A DNA stretch of 64,000 bases from an uncultured Actinomycetota bacterium (GCA_963718235.1 CAVQYR010000001.1:160001-224000); one strand, 5' to 3'. Positions 24,585-34,474 are shown, counted from the stretch's first letter. The notes: generated from the letters alone by a model not told the origin. Program-made: numbers and translations.

Positions 24585-25403
24585 ATGGCCGTCAGTCGAC
24601 CGATTCGGCGAGCACTCGCAGTAGCCGTGGCAACGGCTGCACTGGCGACGCTCACCGCCGCACCGGCCACTGGCACGGCGACCACGGTCAAGCCCCTGCC
24701 GGTCAACGCGAAGTGGGACTACCAGATCGGCCAGGCCTACCGACCGCCCGCTGGCGTCAGGGTCGTCTCACGCGACCGTGAGGCGCGACCCCCGAAGTCC
24801 GGCTACGCGATCTGCTACGTCAACGCGTTCCAGGCCCAGCCGCAGGAGGCGAGGTGGTGGAAGAGCAAGCACCGCAACCTGCTGCTCCGGCGGGCTGACG
24901 GCAGCTTCGTGGTCGACAGCTCCTGGGGAGAGATCCTGTTCGACGTCGGAACACCGTCGAAGCGCCAGGCCCTCGCCCGCATCGTCGGGCGGTGGATCAG
25001 CGGGTGCGCACGTGACGGTTTCGACGCCGTCGAGCCGGACAACCTCGACTCGTGGACGCGTTCGAAGGGCCTGCTCAGTCGCGGCCAGGCGTTCGCGTTC
25101 GCCGCGCTGTTGGTCGACCGGTCGCACGCCGAGGGCCTGGCCATCGCCCAGAAGAACGCCGCGGGCAGCGTCGAGCGCGGCGTCGAGGTGGGGTTCGACT
25201 TCGCCGTCGCCGAGGAGTGCGGGCGCTGGCACGAGTGCGGCGCCTACGCCCGGGCCTACGACGACCGGGTCCTGGTGGTGGAGTACCGGGACGTCGACTT
25301 CACCCGCACCTGCACGCACTGGGGCGACCGGCTCTCGGTCATCCGACGAGACCGGATGGTGCGCGGGCCAGGGGCCGCCAGCTACCGGTACGACGCCTGC
25401 TGA
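24585..25403 (+). CDS. Secreted endo-alpha-1,4-polygalactosaminidase (GH114)
   Basis: Signal peptide; WDYQIG, ICYVNAFQ, GFDAVEPDNLDS, IAQKN, FAVAEEC. Confidence 0.88.
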   Translation: MAVSRPIRRALAVAVATAALATLTAAPATGTATTVKPLPVNAKWDYQIGQAYRPPAGVRVVSRDREARPPKSGYAICYVNAFQAQPQEARWWKSKHRNLLLRRADGSFVVDSSWGEILFDVGTPSKRQALARIVGRWISGCARDGFDAVEPDNLDSWTRSKGLLSRGQAFAFAALLVDRSHAEGLAIAQKNAAGSVERGVEVGFDFAVAEECGRWHECGAYARAYDDRVLVVEYRDVDFTRTCTHWGDRLSVIRRDRMVRGPGAASYRYDAC

Positions 25404-25413
25404 ACCCACCCGG

Positions 25414-26335
25414 TCACGCATTCATCCCGTCCGCGGCGAGCTCGGCTCCGGCGCGTCTCGGGCCCGCCGCGATGAGGGCAGCCAGGGCGCTCGCTGACAC
25501 CACGAGACACCATGCCGACGACCTGGTTGGCCGCGAGTCGCTGGCCGAGGACGACGAAGCCGGCCAGCGCCGCAACGGCCGGGTGCACGCTCATCATCAC
25601 GCCGAACAGCCGTGGTGGCACCACGCGTAGCGCACGCATGTCCGCGCTGTGCGGGACCACCGAGCTCAGCACGGCAACCGCGATCCCGAGCAGCAGCACG
25701 TCCAGCGTCAGCAACTGCGGCCCGGCCTGGGGGAGCGACCACGGCGCCACGACGAGTGCCGCCAACAAGGCCGCAAGGGGAAGAGCACCCTCGACCCCGG
25801 CCCGTGCGAGCAGGGAGTTGAACGTGATGTAGGCGGCCCAGCCGGCTGCAGCACCCAGGGCGAAGACGACGCCGACGAGCTGGGCACCGTCCAGCCCCCC
25901 GGCCAGGACGACGACGCCGAGACCGGCAACCGCCGCGATCGCCAGGTCTCTGGGCCGCCGGGACAGGGCCACGGCAACCGCGAGCGGGCCGACGAACTCC
26001 ACGGTGATGACCGCGCCCAGGGGCATCCGGTCGATCGCCGCGTACAGGGACAGAATCATCAGTGCCATGGACAGGCCGAGCCCACCGGCCAGGAGCAGGT
26101 GGCTTCGCGGTCGGCCCCGAAGGCGCAGGCCGCCGATCGCGACGAGCACCACGGCTGCCAGGGACAACCGCAGGCCGACGGTCGCCGACGTCCCGATCAG
26201 CGGGAAGAGCGTCGCCGCTAGCGCCGCGCCGAACTGCACCGACACCACGCCGGTGAACACCAGGCCGACCCCGCGTGCCTGCTCTCGGGGTGAGCCGACC
26301 AGCCCCTGCTCCGCGGAGCCACGGCCGTCGGTCAT
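25414..26335 (-). CDS. EamA/RhtA-like transporter; +1 frameshift at ~25510
   Basis: SVQFGAALA, PLGAVITVEFVGPL, LSSVVP; removing one G gives ...GMCLVVSASALAA...MNA* ending at 25414. Confidence 0.82.
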
Positions 26336-26434
26336 GCCCGGACGGTACCGGCGCCCAGTGAGGGACGAGCTCGACCTCCCAGATCGTCGCCTCGGGGCAT
26401 TCCTCCAACGATTCTGCTCAACCCCCTTGCCTAA

Positions 26435-26475
26435 GTTACCGATCAGTAGCACGATGGATGTTACTGACGGGTAGC
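26435..26475. promoter_or_regulatory. Two tandem palindromic operators (GTTACY-N4-RGTAGC), FdmR-like TetR sites
   Basis: GTTACCGATCAGTAGC (26435-26450) and GTTACTGACGGGTAGC (26460-26475) upstream of the FadE5-like gene. Confidence 0.65.
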
Positions 26476-26513
26476 CTCGCTGCAGGCGGGGACGGGTACG
26501 GGAGGACGACGCC

Positions 26514-28343
26514 ATGGGCCACTACCGGGCCAACCTGCGTGACATCGAGTTCACCTTGTTCGAGGTGCTCGACCGGCAGTCCCTGATGGGCCAGGGTCGC
26601 TACGCCGACCTCGACCTCGACACGGCCAAGGCGCTGCTGGCCGAGATCGAGCACCTGGCCACGACCACACTGTCCGACGCCTTCGCGGTGGGCGACCGCA
26701 CCCCGCCGGTCTTCGACCCCACCACGCACAGCGTCACCATGCCGCCGGAGTTCGCGGCCGTTTTCAAGACGTACATGGACGGAGGGTGGGCCGAGCTCGA
26801 CCTGCCGGCCGAGCTGGGTGGCAGCCCGATGCCGCCGTCGGTGCGCTGGGCGATCGCCGAGATGGTCCTCGGCTCCAACCCCGGCGTACACCTGTACTCG
26901 TCGGGACCGGCGTTCTGCCATGTGTTCTGGACCCTGGCCACCGACGAGCAGAAGCAGTGGGCGCAGGTGTGGGCGCAGCGCAAGTGGGGCGCCACGATGG
27001 TGCTCACCGAGCCTGACGCCGGCAGCGACGTCGGCGCGGGTCGGGCCAAGGCCGTCAAGCAGGACGACGGCTCATGGCACATCACCGGCGTGAAGCGCTT
27101 CATCACCTCCGCCGAGCACGACATGAGCGACAACATCGTGCACCTGGTGCTCGCCCGTCCTGAGGGACACGGGGTCGGCACCAAGGGCCTGTCCCTGTTC
27201 TTCGTCCCGAAGTTCCACGTCGACTGGGCGACCGGGGAGCTGTTGGAGCGCAACGGCGTCTACGCCACCAACGTCGAGCACAAGATGGGCATCAAGGTGT
27301 CGACAACCTGCGAGCTCACCTTCGGCGACCGCGAGCCGGCGGTCGGCTGGCTCGTCGGTGAGGTGCACGACGGCATCGCGCAGATGTTCAAGATCATCGA
27401 GTTCGCCCGGATGATGGTCGGCACCAAGGCCATCGCCACCATGTCGACCGGCTACCTGAACGCGCTGGAGTACACCAAGACCCGGGTGCAGGGCGCCGAC
27501 CTCACGCAGATGCTCGACAAGACGGCGCCTCGGGTCACGGTGATCCACCACCCCGACGTCCGGCGCTCACTGATGACCCAGAAGGCATACGCCGAGGGCA
27601 TGCGCGCCCTGGTGCTGTACACGGCGTCGATCCAGGACGCGATCGCCGTCAAGCAGGCCGCAGGCGACGACTTCGTCGCCGAGGACGCCATGAACGACCT
27701 GCTCCTGCCGATCGTGAAGGGCTACGGGTCGGAGAAGTCCTACGCCCTGCTCGGCAGTGAGTCGCTGCAGTGCTTCGGCGGGTCCGGGTACCTGCAGGAC
27801 TACCCCCTCGAGCAGTACGTGAGGGACGCGAAGATCGACACCCTCTACGAGGGGACCACTGCGATCCAGGGGCTCGACCTGTTCTTCCGCAAGATGGTCC
27901 GCAACAACTTCCAGGCCGTCACCGCGCTCGGACAGCAGATCGCCGAGACCACCAAGGCTGGCGAGGGTGACGATCCCCTCGCCGCCGAGCGGGCGCTGCT
28001 GGCCAAGGCCCTGGACGACGTCCAGGCCATGATCGGCGGACTCGCTGGGTTCGCGCTGGCGTCGCAGAGTGATCCGACCGAGCTGTACCGGGTCGGGCAG
28101 AACACCTCACGGCTGCTGTTCGCCGTCGGCGACCTCGTCGTCGGCTGGCTGTTGCTGCGTCAGGCCGAGGTAGCCACGGCCGCGCTGCCGACTGCGACTG
28201 GTGCCGACGTCGACTTCTACACCGGCAAGGTGGCCGCAGCTCGCTGGTTCGCCGCCCAGGTGCTGCCCCAGCTGACCGCACAGCGGGCGATCCTGGAGGG
28301 CACCGACAACTCCCTGATGGAGCTCCCCGAGTCCGCCTTCTGA
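26514..28343 (+). CDS. Acyl-CoA dehydrogenase, FadE5-like
   Basis: [50 protein letters not shown]. Confidence 0.93.
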   Translation: MGHYRANLRDIEFTLFEVLDRQSLMGQGRYADLDLDTAKALLAEIEHLATTTLSDAFAVGDRTPPVFDPTTHSVTMPPEFAAVFKTYMDGGWAELDLPAELGGSPMPPSVRWAIAEMVLGSNPGVHLYSSGPAFCHVFWTLATDEQKQWAQVWAQRKWGATMVLTEPDAGSDVGAGRAKAVKQDDGSWHITGVKRFITSAEHDMSDNIVHLVLARPEGHGVGTKGLSLFFVPKFHVDWATGELLERNGVYATNVEHKMGIKVSTTCELTFGDREPAVGWLVGEVHDGIAQMFKIIEFARMMVGTKAIATMSTGYLNALEYTKTRVQGADLTQMLDKTAPRVTVIHHPDVRRSLMTQKAYAEGMRALVLYTASIQDAIAVKQAAGDDFVAEDAMNDLLLPIVKGYGSEKSYALLGSESLQCFGGSGYLQDYPLEQYVRDAKIDTLYEGTTAIQGLDLFFRKMVRNNFQAVTALGQQIAETTKAGEGDDPLAAERALLAKALDDVQAMIGGLAGFALASQSDPTELYRVGQNTSRLLFAVGDLVVGWLLLRQAEVATAALPTATGADVDFYTGKVAAARWFAAQVLPQLTAQRAILEGTDNSLMELPESAF

Positions 28344-28393
28344 CGTATCCGGCACCGCCACGCCCTGCCTCGCCGCGGTTCGTGGACACGGCC

Positions 28394-28419
28394 GGAACGA
28401 TCGCGGAGCCCACTGCGTT
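28394..28419 (+). promoter_or_regulatory. SigR/SigH/SigE-type promoter, probably leaderless, for the DUF6191-like gene
   Basis: GGAAC-N18-GTT ending 10 nt before ATG 28429. Confidence 0.5.
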
Positions 28420-28428
28420 TGCCCGAGC

Positions 28429-28734
28429 ATGGGCACCCTGTTCGCGATGACGCTCCCGGCGCTGGTCCTCGGGCTCGTCGCGCTCGGGATCTGGGACCTG
28501 CTGCGGTCACGAGCGACCCGACGTCCGCGGACCGGCACCGCGTTGGCCGGGTTCCAGGTGCTCGACGGGGTCTTCACACCGAGCAAGGTGCACGAGATGG
28601 AGGAGCGCCAACGGGTCGAGCTGATGCGTGACGACGTCGACGACGGCGCGCCGCCGTTCAGCCAGATCGACCTGGAGTCCGGGAGGGCCCGGCTCGTGGT
28701 CCCGGTCAGGGGCGACGAAGCGCCAGCCAGGTGA
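28429..28734 (+). CDS. Small membrane-anchored protein (DUF6191-like)
   Basis: N-terminal TM; F.PSK.HE.EER, RDD..DGAPP, IDLESG.A. Confidence 0.7.
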   Translation: MGTLFAMTLPALVLGLVALGIWDLLRSRATRRPRTGTALAGFQVLDGVFTPSKVHEMEERQRVELMRDDVDDGAPPFSQIDLESGRARLVVPVRGDEAPAR

Positions 28735-29317
28735 ACGGCTGCTCGGCCGCCCACGGCGTGAGATGCACCAGGCGGCGCTCGGCGACGACGTCCAGGTCGG
28801 CACCGAGGGCATCGTGCAGCGCAGCAGCGTCGTAGCGCTGGACCGGCAGCCCCGAGCACTGCGCAGGGCCGTCCGCCGCGAAGGTCGCGACGACCGCGAG
28901 GCCGCCGGGTGGCAGCGCGTCGCGCATCCGTGCCGCATAGTGGTTGCGGTCAGCGGGGTCGGTGAGGAAGTGGAACACGGCACGGTCGTGCCACACGTCA
29001 AAGGTCCGCTCCGGTACCCATCGAGTGACGTCGGCCACGACCCAGTGCACCCCACGTGACTCATCGCCCAGACGCGCTTGGGCGCGGGCAAGTCCTTGCC
29101 CTGAGACGTCGAGCACGGTGACGTCGGAGTGCCCTCGTGCGAGCAACGAGTCGACGAGCACCGACGCACCGCCCCCGACGTCGAGCACCGACGCTTCCAC
29201 CGTCACACCGCACGCGTCCAGCATGTTGACGCTGTGTGCCGCGTCACGCTGGAACCAGCTCACGGCGTCCTCGGCCCTGGTGCCGTAGACGCTGTCCCAG
29301 TGCTCCGCTCCACTCAT
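28706..29317 (-). CDS. Class I SAM methyltransferase, TPMT/thiol-methyltransferase-like
   Basis: HWDSVY...VSWFQ, DVGGGAS, WHDRAVFHFL, ATFAADGP..CSGLPV.RY. Confidence 0.85.
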   Translation of the reverse strand: MSGAEHWDSVYGTRAEDAVSWFQRDAAHSVNMLDACGVTVEASVLDVGGGASVLVDSLLARGHSDVTVLDVSGQGLARAQARLGDESRGVHWVVADVTRWVPERTFDVWHDRAVFHFLTDPADRNHYAARMRDALPPGGLAVVATFAADGPAQCSGLPVQRYDAAALHDALGADLDVVAERRLVHLTPWAAEQPFTWLALRRP

Positions 29318-31137
29318 GACGGGGTCTCGGCTCCGGCGAGCACGAGCGTGACGGCATCAGCGCCACCAGGGGCCACCTCAACCGGCACACCCCAGTCCTG
29401 CTGGTGCACATGGCAGGCAGGGTTCTCGGCGGTCTCGTCGTCGCACGACGCCGCCCGGGCGGAGATGTGCAGGACGGCGTCGGCAACAGCGTCGGAGACG
29501 ACGACGTCGCGGTGCAGCTCGACACCGTGCCCGGCACCGGAGGCGAGCAACCCTGACGGAGACGAAGACACCGTGAGAAAGGTCGACGGTCCGTACCGGT
29601 CGTCCAGCTTCTGCCCGTGCGGCGGCTGGAAGACGACTCGGACTCGAACCAGACCGGGGCCGAGCTGCATCGGCGGGCGTCTCGTTCGACGAGAGTCGCC
29701 GTCGACCCGCCGCGCTGCCTCGGGCAGCCGAACCCTGGTGATCCGGTGCGCCGCGGACTCCACGACCACCAGGTGCTCGCCTTCGACGAGCACGTCGCTC
29801 GGCTCGTTCAGGTCAGTGGTCAGTGTCATCAGCTCGTGGGTCGCGGGATCGAACCGGCGGATGGTCCCGTTGTAGGTGTCGGCCACGGCGATGCTGCCGT
29901 CGGGCAGGACGGCCAGCCCCAACGGGTGCTGCATCAGCGCCTTCGCTGCGTCACCGTCGACGTGCCCGAAGTCGAAGAGTCCCTGCCCGACGACGGTGTT
30001 CACGACGTCGTTGTGGACGCGGCGCAGGCTCGAGGTCTCGGAGTCGACGAACCACAGCGTGTCGCCATCGCTCGCCAGTCCCGACGGCTGCGCCAGCCAT
30101 GCCTCGGTGGCCGGTCCGTCGACCAGGCCTTCGTTCGCCGTTCCGGCCCGAACGCTCAGCGCAGGTGTCACGGGATCGAACGACCACAGCTGGTGGGTGC
30201 CCGCCATCGCGACGGCCACCTCGTGCCACCCCGGGTGCCAGACGACGTCCCAGGGAGAGCTGAGCGGCACCGCTGGGTCGGAGTCGGAAGGCCGTGGGTC
30301 GCCGTGCATCCACTGCGTGCCGGTGCCGGCGACCGTGGTCACGTGACCGTCAGCAAGCCGTACGCCACGCAGCGCATGGTTGACGGTGTCAGCGACCACC
30401 ACGTCGTAGCCGCACCGGGAGGCGACCTCCGGGGGCAGCAGGCACAGCCCGTTGGGCTCGTTGAACCTCGCGCTCGCCGGATCACCGTCGGCCAGGCCGC
30501 GCACCCCGCTGCCGATCCGTCGTAGCAACGTCTCGCCGTCGGCCGCCAGCTCGGCGAGGCTGTGGTGACCGGCGTCGGCGACGAGCAGGGTGTCGTCGAC
30601 GAGCCGCACCGCTCTTGCCGGGAAGCGCAGTGTGGTCGGTTCCGGGGTGGGCGCGACGTACGGCCCGTCGCCCCGGCGCAGGGCTCCCGTCGCCTCGTGG
30701 TCGACGACCAGCTGGGCGACCAGGGCATCGAGGGCGTGGGCGTGCCCCTCACCGGAGTGCTGGGCGACGACGTAGCCCTCGGGGTCGACGACGACCAGGG
30801 TCGGCCAGGCGCGTACGGCGTACTGCTGCCAGGTCGTGAGGTCCGGGTCGTCGAGTACCGGGTGCGCCACCCCGTACCGCTCGACCGCCGCGGCCAGGGC
30901 CGTGGGGTCGGCCTCGTGGGCGAACTTCGGCGAGTGCACCCCGACGACGGCCAGCACGTCGCGGTACTTCTCCTCCAGCGGCCGCAGCTCGTCGAGCACA
31001 TGCAGGCAGTTCACACAGCAGAAGGTCCAGAAGTCCAGCAGCACGATCCGCCCGCGCAGCTCGCGCAGCGAGAGGTCCCGGCCGCCGGTGTTCAGCCACC
31101 CGCGCCCGGTGAGCTCAGGTGCCCGGAGTCGAACCAC
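29314..31137 (-). CDS. NHL-repeat thioredoxin-domain protein (NHLRC2-like)
   Basis: DFWTFCCVNC, GVHSPKF, NHL repeats (FNEPNGL, AQPSGL, QHPLGL). Confidence 0.9.
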   Translation of the reverse strand: MVRLRAPELTGRGWLNTGGRDLSLRELRGRIVLLDFWTFCCVNCLHVLDELRPLEEKYRDVLAVVGVHSPKFAHEADPTALAAAVERYGVAHPVLDDPDLTTWQQYAVRAWPTLVVVDPEGYVVAQHSGEGHAHALDALVAQLVVDHEATGALRRGDGPYVAPTPEPTTLRFPARAVRLVDDTLLVADAGHHSLAELAADGETLLRRIGSGVRGLADGDPASARFNEPNGLCLLPPEVASRCGYDVVVADTVNHALRGVRLADGHVTTVAGTGTQWMHGDPRPSDSDPAVPLSSPWDVVWHPGWHEVAVAMAGTHQLWSFDPVTPALSVRAGTANEGLVDGPATEAWLAQPSGLASDGDTLWFVDSETSSLRRVHNDVVNTVVGQGLFDFGHVDGDAAKALMQHPLGLAVLPDGSIAVADTYNGTIRRFDPATHELMTLTTDLNEPSDVLVEGEHLVVVESAAHRITRVRLPEAARRVDGDSRRTRRPPMQLGPGLVRVRVVFQPPHGQKLDDRYGPSTFLTVSSSPSGLLASGAGHGVELHRDVVVSDAVADAVLHISARAASCDDETAENPACHVHQQDWGVPVEVAPGGADAVTLVLAGAETPS

Positions 31138-31159
31138 CGCCCCAGTCTCCCACCCGATC

Positions 31160-31200
31160 TCGCGCCCGATCAGGCCCGATTCGGGCGCGATCGGGCGCGA
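31160..31200. repeat. 41-bp imperfect palindrome, family B copy 2
   Basis: 37/41 identical to 17274-17314; sits right after the stop at 31203. Confidence 0.8.
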
Positions 31201-31202
31201 AG

Positions 31203-31994
31203 TCAGCGCAGCCGGCGGGCGAGAGCCTCCGGAATCACGGTGTTGGGGTCACGCAGGTCGGGGTCACGCAGCTCGCCCATTGCAGCCCGCGTGCCGACGA
31301 GTCCGGCGTACAGCGGGGGACAGGTCGGGCAGGAAGCGAGGTGCTGCTCGAGCACCCGACGGTCGGACTGCGGCAGCTCGTCGTCCAGGTAGTCCGACAC
31401 CTTGGCGCGGGCGTCCCAGCAACGCATCGGCACTCCCTTCAACGCGTGACGACGCTCGGCACCCAGCGCCAGCGCGGTGACGAGCATCATCCGACCGCGG
31501 CGCAGGCGCTGCTTCGCACCGGGTAGCCCAATGTCTTGCACAGCGGCGACCTCGCGCACGGTGAGACCCTCGGCGTCGTGCAGGACCACGGCTGACCGGT
31601 AGATGACCGGAAGCCGCGCCAAGGCGTCCTCGAGCTCGAGGCGGGTCTCCGCCCGTTCGACCACCACAGCTGAGTCGACGGTGTACGCGTCGTCGGACCA
31701 CTTGCGCTCGACCTCCAGCGCATCCGCCTCGTCGTCGGCGGGGCTGGAGAGATCTCCCACCGCGACCTCGCGGTCACGCCGCCCGGCATCTACCGCCAGG
31801 TTGTGCAGCACCCGGTGCAGCCAGGTCCGCAAGGACGACTCCCCACGAAACGTGTCGCCGCGCTCGAGGGCGCGGGTCAGGGTCTCCTGCACGAGGTCCT
31901 CGGCACGTTCGGGGTCCCGGGTCAGCGTGCGCGCGTAGCGCAGCAGGCCCGGGACCTCGTCGGCCAGTCGATCGGCGTCGATGCTCACCCGCAC
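31203..31994 (-). CDS. ECF sigma factor with fused C-terminal ZAS/zf-HC2 domain
   Basis: Region 2 RAEDLVQETL, region 4 LPVIYRSAVVL...AKQRLRRGR, then CWDAR...YLDDEL...HLASCPTC. Confidence 0.9.
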   Translation of the reverse strand: MRVSIDADRLADEVPGLLRYARTLTRDPERAEDLVQETLTRALERGDTFRGESSLRTWLHRVLHNLAVDAGRRDREVAVGDLSSPADDEADALEVERKWSDDAYTVDSAVVVERAETRLELEDALARLPVIYRSAVVLHDAEGLTVREVAAVQDIGLPGAKQRLRRGRMMLVTALALGAERRHALKGVPMRCWDARAKVSDYLDDELPQSDRRVLEQHLASCPTCPPLYAGLVGTRAAMGELRDPDLRDPNTVIPEALARRLR

Positions 31995-32003
31995 GAAACT
32001 AGG

Positions 32004-32249
32004 TCAGTGGGCGCTCGACCCGACCGACGGGTGGGACTCGACGTCGGCCGCTCGGCAGGTCCGGATCCCGAAGAGGGTGTACAGCGGGCAGAAGGACACG
32101 GCCGACGTCGCGACCATCACCACGGCCAGCAGGTAAAGCAGCCAGGACAGCCAGGCCGTCGGGCCGACGAGCACGCCCACGACGACGAGCAAGGGCGCAA
32201 CGACGAACGTGCGGATGATCCGGTCAGCCGATCCCATGTTGTGCTTCAC
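32004..32249 (-). CDS. DUF2892 (YgaP-like membrane domain) protein
   Basis: NMGSADRIIR, two TMs, FCPLYTLFGIRTC; GAGGAGG RBS. Confidence 0.9.
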   Translation of the reverse strand: MKHNMGSADRIIRTFVVAPLLVVVGVLVGPTAWLSWLLYLLAVVMVATSAVSFCPLYTLFGIRTCRAADVESHPSVGSSAH

Positions 32250-32286
32250 GATGTCCTCCTCGATCACGGTTTCCTTCTCTGCTGCA

Positions 32287-32315
32287 TAGACGCACGAACC
32301 TCCTCGAGGGATACC
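32287..32315 (-). promoter_or_regulatory. Candidate ECF promoter for the DUF2892-sigma operon
   Basis: Minus strand GGTATC-N17-CGTCTA. Confidence 0.35.
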
Positions 32316-32341
32316 GGAGTGGCGCCAGGAACCCTCCTCAT

Positions 32342-32357
32342 ATACCCTAGGGGGTAT
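32342..32357. promoter_or_regulatory. CsoR/RicR/CstR-type operator
   Basis: ATACCC-TAGG-GGGTAT palindrome overlapping the rhodanese ATG. Confidence 0.7.
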
Positions 32358-32766
32358 GCAGAGCCGTCGACTCGCCCTGGTCACCGCCACCCTCGCCGCC
32401 GTGCTGGCGCTCGGGGGGCTCACCGCCTGTTCGACTGGCTCCGATGCCGTCACCGACGTCGACGCCACCCAGGCCGCTTCGGTCCTCCAGGAGGAGAAGC
32501 CGACCGTGGTCGACGTCCGGACTCCGGCCGAGTTCGCCGCCGGCCACCTGCCCGGCGCCTTGAACATCGACGTCGAGGATCCCGGTTTCACCGAGGCCAT
32601 CGGCCAGCTGCCCAAGGACGACACCTACTTCGTCTACTGCCGCAGCGGGAACCGCTCAGGAGTGGCCACGGACCAGATGGCCGAGCAGGGCTTCACCGAC
32701 GTCTACGACCTGCAAGGTGGCATCGTGGACTGGCAGGCGTCCGGCGGGGCGGTCGTCACCGGCTAG
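32356..32766 (+). CDS. Rhodanese-domain lipoprotein
   Basis: Lipobox LTAC; DVRTPAEFAAGHLPGA, active-site loop YCRSGNRS, LQGGIVDW. Confidence 0.92.
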   Translation: MQSRRLALVTATLAAVLALGGLTACSTGSDAVTDVDATQAASVLQEEKPTVVDVRTPAEFAAGHLPGALNIDVEDPGFTEAIGQLPKDDTYFVYCRSGNRSGVATDQMAEQGFTDVYDLQGGIVDWQASGGAVVTG

Positions 32767-32770
32767 GAGC

Positions 32771-32796
32771 CGACCGCCGGACTTCGGTGGCGGTCG
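32771..32796. terminator. GC hairpin with C(UUCG)G loop between convergent genes
   Basis: CGACCGCC..AC-TTCG-GT-GGCGGTCG. Confidence 0.6.
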
Positions 32797-32802
32797 CTGG
32801 CC

Positions 32803-33579
32803 TCAGAGGCGGCGGTCGGCGTCGACCGGGAACTTGGCCCGCCAGGTCGCGACCTCGGCGAGGTCGACCTCGACCCCAACCACCTGCTCGGCGCTCTCGT
32901 CGGCCTCCAGCAGGACGACGCCACGCGCATCGACGACGACGCTGTGCCCGCCCATGGCCTTGCCAGCCTGCTCGCCCACGGTGTTCACCGCCACCACCAC
33001 GTACTGGTTCTCGATCGCCCGCGCCTGGGCCAGCACCCGCCAGTGGTCAACCCGCGCCAGCGGCCAGGCCGCAGGGACGACGACGAGGTCGGCGTCCAGG
33101 TCGCGCAGCCGCCGGAAGAGCTCGGGGAAGCGCAGGTCGTAGCACGTCGCGAGCCCGATCCGCCCGAGCTTGGTGGGTACGACGACGATGTCGTCGCCGG
33201 CCGTCATCAGGGACGGCTCGCCCTCGCTGAAGCCGAACAGGTGCATCTTCCGGTACACCGCAGCGACGCCACCCTGCGGGTCCAGGAGCACCGCGGTGTT
33301 GGTGAGCGACCCATCGTCGTGGCGCTCGACGAACGATCCCGCGTGGACGTACGCGCCGAGGTCTCGTGCGGCGGCGGCCAGGGAGTTGACGATGGGGCCG
33401 TCGAGCGGCTCGGCGGTCTCCTCCCACGACGTATAGGTGAACCCCCCGTTGGGCCACAGCTCGGGCAGCACCACGAGGTCCGCGTCGCGCAGCGTGTGGA
33501 CCAGGCCGACCACCCGCCCCACCCGGTCGGCGAACAGCTCGGTGGCGTCGAAGTCCAGCTGCACCATCGTGACCTGCAT
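32803..33579 (-). CDS. Carbon-nitrogen hydrolase (nitrilase superfamily)
   Basis: Glu-Lys-Cys triad: LPELW, YRKMHLF, TCYDLRFPE; ARAIENQ. Confidence 0.92.
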   Translation of the reverse strand: MQVTMVQLDFDATELFADRVGRVVGLVHTLRDADLVVLPELWPNGGFTYTSWEETAEPLDGPIVNSLAAAARDLGAYVHAGSFVERHDDGSLTNTAVLLDPQGGVAAVYRKMHLFGFSEGEPSLMTAGDDIVVVPTKLGRIGLATCYDLRFPELFRRLRDLDADLVVVPAAWPLARVDHWRVLAQARAIENQYVVVAVNTVGEQAGKAMGGHSVVVDARGVVLLEADESAEQVVGVEVDLAEVATWRAKFPVDADRRL

Positions 33580-33613
33580 GACGACAGGATCTCACGGGGT
33601 TTACGGTCGCCCC

Positions 33614-34474
33614 ATGGACAAAGCCAGGGACAGGAACAGGCACTGGGACAGGGACACCGCCGTGGGTGCCTACGTCGAGGCGCTGAACGCCGTGCGCGAC
33701 CTCGCGGCGGAGCTGTCCGAGGGGGAGTGGGTCCTGCCGACCGACCTGCCGGGCTGGTCGGTGCAGGACAACATCGCCCACGTCGTCGCCGTGGAGGACG
33801 AGCTGGCCGGCCGGCCGCTGCCGGACCACCTGCCGGACTACGCCGTCCTCAGCCACGTCACCAACCCGTTCGCCGAGCACATGGAGATCGGCGTCGACCA
33901 CCGCCGAGGGGTCCGACCCGTCGACCTGGTCGCCGAGCTGCGCGCACTCGTCGAGGAGCGCACCGCTCAGCTCGACGAGGTCGGTGACGACCCGGAGGCG
34001 CTGGTCGCCGGACCCATGGGCAGCCAGCGTCCGGTCGGTCGGTCCCTGGGCATCCGTGCGTTCGACATCTGGGCCCACGAGCAGGACGTCCGGCGGGCCA
34101 CCGGGCGCCCCGAGCGGCTCACCGGACTGGCGCCGGCCGCCTCACTCGAGCGGATCGTCGCTGCGCTTCCGGTCGTGGTCAGCAAGGAGGCGGGGCTGCC
34201 GGCCGGCAGCGCGGTCCGGTTCGAGATCGACGGACCGGGTCCGGTCCCCGACGGGCTGACCCTGGACGTCGTCGTCGACTCCGAGGGCATCGGCCGAGTG
34301 ATCTCCGCCGACGACGGGGCCACTCCACCGACCACGGTCAGCCTCACGATGGACTTCGCGACCCTCGCCCATCTCGCGTGCGGAAGACGCCCGCCCCGTG
34401 ACTGCGTCGTCGAGATCACCGGTGACGCCGATCAGGCCGCCCGGGTGCTCGCCGTCCTGGCCATCACCCCCTGA
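33614..34474 (+). CDS. Mycothiol-dependent maleylpyruvate isomerase-family protein (DinB superfamily)
   Basis: PTDLPGWSVQDNIAH, RAFDIWAHEQDVRRA. Confidence 0.88.
   Translation: MDKARDRNRHWDRDTAVGAYVEALNAVRDLAAELSEGEWVLPTDLPGWSVQDNIAHVVAVEDELAGRPLPDHLPDYAVLSHVTNPFAEHMEIGVDHRRGVRPVDLVAELRALVEERTAQLDEVGDDPEALVAGPMGSQRPVGRSLGIRAFDIWAHEQDVRRATGRPERLTGLAPAASLERIVAALPVVVSKEAGLPAGSAVRFEIDGPGPVPDGLTLDVVVDSEGIGRVISADDGATPPTTVSLTMDFATLAHLACGRRPPRDCVVEITGDADQAARVLAVLAITP

Noticed and set aside
31246-31275. 15-bp tandem repeat at the sigma C-terminus (LRDPD/LRDPN) and hexamer repeats near 33625-33657
   Set aside because: These are small in-frame slippage duplications in protein termini with no sign of function.
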